A DNA stretch of 64,000 bases from Candidatus Poribacteria bacterium. GTDB taxonomy: Bacteria > Poribacteria > WGA-4E > PCPOR2b. The stretch lies in the NCBI GenBank assembly GCA_965198175.1, contig OZ240245.1:2976001-3040000 (forward strand), in the 5' to 3' direction. The position numbers and the translations under genes are program-made. Every line of letters starts with the position of its first letter. The stretch's first letter is position 1. Shown here piece by piece: positions 59,049 through 64,000 of the stretch. The notes below the pieces were generated by a model. The model saw only the letters and a program-made list of their open reading frames with translations, searched no databases and had not been told where the DNA came from.

Positions 59049-60866
59049 TTAACTGTAGGGGACCCAAAAGTCAGGCAATCGCCTATCCGTACTCCTCGGT
59101 TCTTCCCAGGGCATGCCTAGAGGCCGCGGCTCTGGACGGAGACGAAGCACGGGCTGCGACCATGCGCCTTCCGTCGCGTCCGGCGCGTCGTTAAAATCCC
59201 CATAGGGCCACTGTCTCATCTGATCCATATAGAGTTCTGATAATTTGGTCGAAAAGCAGAGCCAACCGTTTTCTATCGGCGATTGGAGCGTAGCGATCCG
59301 GTCTTCTTTGCGCTTGATTCGGCGAACATATTCGACAGGTTCCGAAATCCTGTGTTTTGTCCGAAGCTCCTTATACTCCCTATCGAAGTTGTTTCTCATG
59401 TCTCCGGTCGGGTCCACAAAATTCTCGCACCGGAGGTAGTAATTGGCGCGCTCCATTCGCTGGGATAGGAATGACCGGGATTTCAAGAACTCTTGCATGT
59501 GGGCTTCAAGTTGCGCCCCGCGCGATCCCCTAAGCAGCTTCGCTGAATACACGTATCCATACGCCGGCGCGGTCATCAGGTCGTCATACTTCCCTTTGGG
59601 TACCGGTTCCCACAACACCGTGACGACCGCGGCGTAGCAGTTCTCCTCTCGAATCTCAAGTGCCCCAGCCCAGTCCAAAAAGATCGTTGCGCCGCTAAAC
59701 TCGTCCCAGTGAACGAGCCGACCGTCGGAACGCAGCAGACCCGCGTGCTCAATTTCGAAGGTAACCGCTTCATCCATCGCGAACCAAGCCATCGCGCGGT
59801 CGACCGGCAGATTCTGATATTCCCGCAGAATAAACGGTCTGCCGTGTTCAAATTCCTTTTCACGAATCTTACGATAGGACCACTTTTCGTGCCAGAGTTC
59901 CTCGACGCCTTCGTTCATCGCGGCTTTATTGGCTTCGTAAAATTCATCAATATTTTCCTGACGCACCAAGGGGTCGACCGCATGATCGCAGTAGATTTTC
60001 CGATACTCTTTCCACAGCGCTTCGTGCCTCGGGTGTTTCAACTCAGGCGGATGCTCGATTGCTTGAAAATTGTGCGTCGTCCAAGCTGCTTTTTTGCGCA
60101 GTCCGTATGCTATCGCCTTAACAGCTTTCACCGTATCCACACAGATAAAATTCGTATTCTCGTCGCCGCACTGCATCAGGTCGGACTCCCACCAGTCCAA
60201 ATCTTTCTCAAGCCTTTTTGGATTCCTGATGGCATCACGGTCGTCGAGGTCGTCCGAAATAACTAGCGAGGGACGATAGCCTCGGAACAGGCTGCCTCGA
60301 ACCTTGCCGCCGCGAGACTGGGGAACCAATAGCACGCCGTTGGATGTAATGGATCGCCGCTCCGCCCAAACGTTGCCCTTCAGGTGTTGGAACGCCTCGT
60401 TGAATTCAATTTCCGATTGAATATCTTTGATACGGTCAATGGCGTTGTCGTACGTGCGGCTGAGGATAAGAATGTAATTGTCGCACGGCATCCCGAATTC
60501 TTCGTAGAGATACTTGTAGAAAATACAGTGAATCGGGTAAATAACCGCCATGCAAGTCGACTTCGAGGAGCCGCGCGGTGCGAGGAAATTCGCTTTTTTC
60601 CCGCGTTCACCGCGAGGGATGGCGTTAAAGAACGCGGTGTGATGCTTGCCGAACGGCAAACGCGTAATTTCCGGGAAATACCGTTTCGCAAAGTAAGCGA
60701 TTGACGCGAACCCCGCGATCTCATCAAATTCACTGCGCTCCTTTGGCGCAAGCTCGCGCCGCATCTTCTCTAGTTCTGTGATTTGTTCATTGCAATCAAG
60801 TGAACTTAACCTTGATTGCATCCACTCAAACATTTGGCATCTTGTCACCGTTCCTTCCTCCCGCAT
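59049..60866 (-). CDS. Phage terminase large subunit-like protein
   Basis: Walker A APRGSSKST, VRG...RPSLVISDDLDD (Walker B), REYQNLP, nuclease FLDWA, KEDRI, NDAPDA. Start could be 60833. Confidence 0.85.
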   Translation of the reverse strand: MREEGTVTRCQMFEWMQSRLSSLDCNEQITELEKMRRELAPKERSEFDEIAGFASIAYFAKRYFPEITRLPFGKHHTAFFNAIPRGERGKKANFLAPRGSSKSTCMAVIYPIHCIFYKYLYEEFGMPCDNYILILSRTYDNAIDRIKDIQSEIEFNEAFQHLKGNVWAERRSITSNGVLLVPQSRGGKVRGSLFRGYRPSLVISDDLDDRDAIRNPKRLEKDLDWWESDLMQCGDENTNFICVDTVKAVKAIAYGLRKKAAWTTHNFQAIEHPPELKHPRHEALWKEYRKIYCDHAVDPLVRQENIDEFYEANKAAMNEGVEELWHEKWSYRKIREKEFEHGRPFILREYQNLPVDRAMAWFAMDEAVTFEIEHAGLLRSDGRLVHWDEFSGATIFLDWAGALEIREENCYAAVVTVLWEPVPKGKYDDLMTAPAYGYVYSAKLLRGSRGAQLEAHMQEFLKSRSFLSQRMERANYYLRCENFVDPTGDMRNNFDREYKELRTKHRISEPVEYVRRIKRKEDRIATLQSPIENGWLCFSTKLSELYMDQMRQWPYGDFNDAPDATEGAWSQPVLRLRPEPRPLGMPWEEPRSTDRRLPDFWVPYS

Positions 60867-61386
60867 TTTGCGTGGAATGTTGTTCGTCCCAGCGGCGGGC
60901 TAACTTCTCAAAGGTCCCGTTCGGGGGTCTGCCGGTATAGTTCGGATGACTCGGGTTATCCTCTGGTTTCCCTGTCTCCGACTGTGTTTGCTCCGTCGTC
61001 TCGGATTCCGTGTGCACTTCGTCTTCGGCATCGGCGTGTTGAATTGCAGCGCGTCGCCCAAACTCCTCCGGGAATCGCCTCTCCAAAATCCATGCCGCCG
61101 CTTGCCAGGAGTCCGCATTGTGGATTTTTTCCAATAGCTCTGAAGAATAGCCATTCAATGCCTTGGAGGTGTCCCGCACAAAATACCTGAGAACGTCGTC
61201 GCGATTAGGGTTTTTGCCCAGCGCCTCTTCCGGATCCAACGGATCTAGCTCCTTGTCCGAAAATTCGTTCTGCCAGTTGTGATAGGTCTTTTCGCAGATG
61301 CCCGCGCCAACGCAAGCATGCTTGATGATTGTGCCGTTACGTAAGGCTTTCGCCAAAATGTCTATTCGCTCTTTTGTTAGTTTCAT
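60826..61386 (-). CDS. Terminase small subunit-like HTH protein
   Basis: KLT....I...LRNG....AC..AGI...TYHNW and WQAAAWILERRFPEEFG, overlapping terL. Confidence 0.7.
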   Translation of the reverse strand: MKLTKERIDILAKALRNGTIIKHACVGAGICEKTYHNWQNEFSDKELDPLDPEEALGKNPNRDDVLRYFVRDTSKALNGYSSELLEKIHNADSWQAAAWILERRFPEEFGRRAAIQHADAEDEVHTESETTEQTQSETGKPEDNPSHPNYTGRPPNGTFEKLARRWDEQHSTQNAGGRNGDKMPNV

Positions 61387-61528
61387 GTTTGCTTCTCCAT
61401 GGTGCAATTATCAGTTTGTCGCGACCCACAGTGCAAAAATCCGTTTTCCGCCATCCGCGAATCACGCTCTTTTTAAACCGTAAAACCTAAAAGTGGCATA
61501 TATAGTATATGTATTTATTTCACCCGCT

Positions 61529-61558
61529 ATTTTACAGTTTTCTGCATAGTTGTGTCAA
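61529..61558 (-). promoter_or_regulatory. Sigma70-type promoter upstream of the terminase pair
   Basis: TTGACA-N18-TAAAAT on the minus strand. Confidence 0.55.
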
Positions 61559-62047
61559 GTTTTTACAAGTTTTTACAATTTTTCAGATCGTTGAGCATCC
61601 CATCCACCCAGCATCCGCGCTCATGCGCTGATTCAAATACTCTACTTAAGATTAAGATCAAATCGCCTCCCGAACCCGTTCCTCACTATGTTGCCAATCC
61701 TACCACCTCCGCCCTACCCATCCTACAAATGCTGCATCACCACGAAATTCTTGAAAAACTCTTGCAGAAAATACAAAAAATGACACTACTTTTTGTAACA
61801 AGGTTATAACGACCAAAATAAACTTCAACTTTTGAACATACTTAACCCCCGAACCCGTTCACCACTATGCGTTAACCTCTGCCGACATCGAAATGCCCCA
61901 CATATACCTACTACACATATGGAAATCATTTCGCGCCCGGAACCAGCAAAAACACCGCTTCGCTCGCTGCAATTTCCCCTTTTTTTGTAGACTGTAAAAA
62001 CTGTAATTTTTCTGCTCCAATTACTTAATTCACGCCATGAAGTTCTT

Positions 62048-62290
62048 GTAGGTTGGGTTGAGCCTCCGGCGAAACCCAACGCTTTTAAAACCTCCGGACA
62101 ACAAAAAAGCGTCGCATGGATTGGGGCGTACCGAACACCAAACCACTCCCTTGCCTTTTTTGCTTTTTATTGTTTCGATCGTTGTGCTGGTGGTATTAGC
62201 CGGTTGGCTGTCCGAACGTTTCAAATGCGTTGGGTTTCGGAAAAAACTATCGCCTTCGCTATTCGCTCAGTTGATCTCAACCCAACCTAC
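62048..62290. repeat. Inverted REP pair (REPIN-like); includes the right copy of the 63-bp direct repeat
   Basis: GTAGGTTGGGTTGAGCC...GAAACCCAACG and CGTTGGGTTTCGG...CAACCCAACCTAC. Confidence 0.7.
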
Positions 62291-62341
62291 GAAGACTACG
62301 AAAACTGCGTAGAGAACCATTGCGTGATTTGAGATACCGGG

Positions 62342-62998
62342 CTATTGAGATACGCGGCAAACGGCTCCTGAGCCGGCATCACAGTACCAGAAGCAATCAT
62401 CCCAGCGGGTCATGCCGTGCGGCTCTGGATGCGGATCGGGGATTTCAATCTTATCAACGGTCGAACCATCCTTGAGGCTCAAGCGATAGAAAGCGCGATA
62501 GTTTGTTTCAACGCACCAGAGATCATCTCCCTCCCACGCAAGACCGTGCGGACGGACTCCGGGGGCGGGGAAAGAATGCAGGACAGCGAGATTGTTTTCT
62601 GGATCTAGCTGGTAAACGGTCGCTGAAGGCGGTACTGCCATCCATAACTTGCCATCGCGCCATTCTAATCCGTGCGCCCCTGACTGCTGGGCACCTGCTG
62701 TCGGATAGGAGGCAAGGGTCTTTCCACTTGCTGGGTCGACTTTTAGAATTGCGGGACCATCGGCTTCTATGCGCGTCGGGGCAAGGGTTGAAGCGAGCCA
62801 AAGGTTCGCACCGTCCACCGTGATACCGCTGCCGTGCTCGGAATCTGTGTCGACAGCCTTCAGAGTTTCCCCTTCATAGGAGACGAGGATGGCACGATTT
62901 GAGACCTGATCCAGAAACCAGATCCCTGCCTCCGTGGCTTGCATACCATTTGGTTGGGCTCCTGGGAAGTCAAACATTTTCTCTATTTTTACTTCCAT
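62342..62998 (-). CDS. Beta-propeller protein (glutaminyl cyclase/SGL-like repeats)
   Basis: Repeated PNG/AHGLEW/PHGLAW/PHGMT blades. SD GGAGG. Confidence 0.75.
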   Translation of the reverse strand: MEVKIEKMFDFPGAQPNGMQATEAGIWFLDQVSNRAILVSYEGETLKAVDTDSEHGSGITVDGANLWLASTLAPTRIEADGPAILKVDPASGKTLASYPTAGAQQSGAHGLEWRDGKLWMAVPPSATVYQLDPENNLAVLHSFPAPGVRPHGLAWEGDDLWCVETNYRAFYRLSLKDGSTVDKIEIPDPHPEPHGMTRWDDCFWYCDAGSGAVCRVSQ

Positions 62999-63120
62999 AA
63001 GGATTCCTCCGTCATTACGATTTTGAATATATTGCATTTTATGACGAATAGGTGTCTAGGTCAATTCAATTATTTTACAGAAACCGTGTAATGCGTGATA
63101 CGTAGTGCGTAATACGTAAT

Positions 63121-63333
63121 GTGGGGTGGGTAGAGATCAACTGAGCGATTAGATCAAGTGACCGAATAGGGAACTATCGCAGTCGCTTTTCGCTCCCTTG
63201 ATCGCTCTACCCAACCTACGAAAACTACGGAAACTCTACCCGACCTTCAAGACCCCCTCTAGCTCCCGCTTGGTAAGGGGGAGAATATTTGAAGGTCTAT
63301 CCCCGCATGGTAAAGGGGAGGAATTGGAGGGTG
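63121..63333. repeat. Cluster of REP-like hairpins
   Basis: Inverted GTAG-type pair (63121-63219) plus CCC..TT...AAGGGGG hairpins like those near 11240, 42792 and 51250. Confidence 0.55.
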
Positions 63334-63446
63334 GTTTTTTTGCGGAAACAGCGAACAATTTATAACACACCTTGTCAAAAGGGACAGTGACACGGCTTGT
63401 GTCACATCGTACCGAAAGAATTCACTAAACTACGGAGGAAAAGAAG

Positions 63447-64000
63447 ATGTCTATTTTGTCGCAAAAACCGCAGTTGCCAAGACTCACGTTGAATCGTTCG
63501 ATTGGGCTCCTTGTCGCAATCACTTTTGTTCTCACTGGAGGCTACTTACTTGCTGCCCAGAAACATCCGGAACGAGGAAAATCCGGACACGAGAAGTGGG
63601 AACAACACAAAGCAGAGAAAATGGAGAAGGTAAAGCTCAAGGTTGAGGAACTTCTCGAACGGAAAACGAAACGAATCATTGGGCGATTGAACCTTTCGGA
63701 CGAGGAAGCGGAGGGTTTTGCGCCGAAGGTGAGAGCTGTGTTGCAGCATCGGATGGAGCAGCGAAAAGCGTTAGGACCGATGATGAAATCCCTCAAAAAA
63801 ACTCTGGTCGCGGGTGAGGACGCGGAGGTTCAGTCTGCACTTGAAGAACTCAAAGCGAAGCAGTCTGCGCTAGAGACGGAATTAGAGGCGCTGGAGACAT
63901 CGCTTCTCGAAGGTTTGACTGCACGACAGGAAGCACTATTGACGCTGTCCGGCGTTGTCGGAAAGCGCGGTAATTACGAGATGTTTAAGAGCTGGCGCGG
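63447..64000 (+). CDS. Secreted helical protein, Spy/CpxP-like (3' end outside window)
   Basis: SD GGAGG, TM/signal segment, charged helices, LNLSDEE and LTARQ motifs. Frame is open to the window end, so it is absent from the ORF track. Confidence 0.65.
   Translation, partial: MSILSQKPQLPRLTLNRSIGLLVAITFVLTGGYLLAAQKHPERGKSGHEKWEQHKAEKMEKVKLKVEELLERKTKRIIGRLNLSDEEAEGFAPKVRAVLQHRMEQRKALGPMMKSLKKTLVAGEDAEVQSALEELKAKQSALETELEALETSLLEGLTARQEALLTLSGVVGKRGNYEMFKSWR

Noticed and set aside
45500..62300. Complete prophage
   Set aside because: Only terminase-like genes are present; no structural, replication or integration genes recognised.

Overview
Bacterial chromosomal window, probably Candidatus Poribacteria or a relative. 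This is an inference from secreted LamG/CBM proteins ending in KLxTTWGxxK, paired PhyH dioxygenases and dense GTAG-type REP repeats. 1-7.4 kb: housekeeping genes (UPF0182, pheA, a CPBP protease, queG, three tRNAs) plus an 84-codon DUF5069-like gene missing from the ORF track. That gene has an in-frame TGA at the family's Cys position followed by a SECIS-like hairpin, so it is a candidate selenoprotein. 7.4-10.1 kb: a collapsed CRISPR locus (WYL 3' fragment, cas2, leader, one repeat) and a GC-rich pdxA segment. 10-24 kb: LamG protein, TonB receptor, beta-barrel, EF-G paralog, MoxR, a caspase-fold/transglutaminase fusion and an aldehyde dehydrogenase. 24.7-36.9 kb: a six-gene operon encoding a 2478-aa M28-like/LysM/FtsX fusion, an OPT-like transporter, a PqqD/RRE protein and an ABC ATPase. 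37-45 kb: trpF, hicBA with an interrupted toxin, a likely non-phosphorylative L-fucose cluster with an HSD17B14-like dehydrogenase, two PhyH genes and a CBM protein. 45.5-62.3 kb: a repeat-rich accessory island with a TPR protein, duplicated DUF2283 genes around ApeA-HEPN and an amber-interrupted single-chain RM gene, a five-gene array of diversified secreted paralogs, and an orphan terminase pair. Family assignments come from recalled motifs; no database searches were run.
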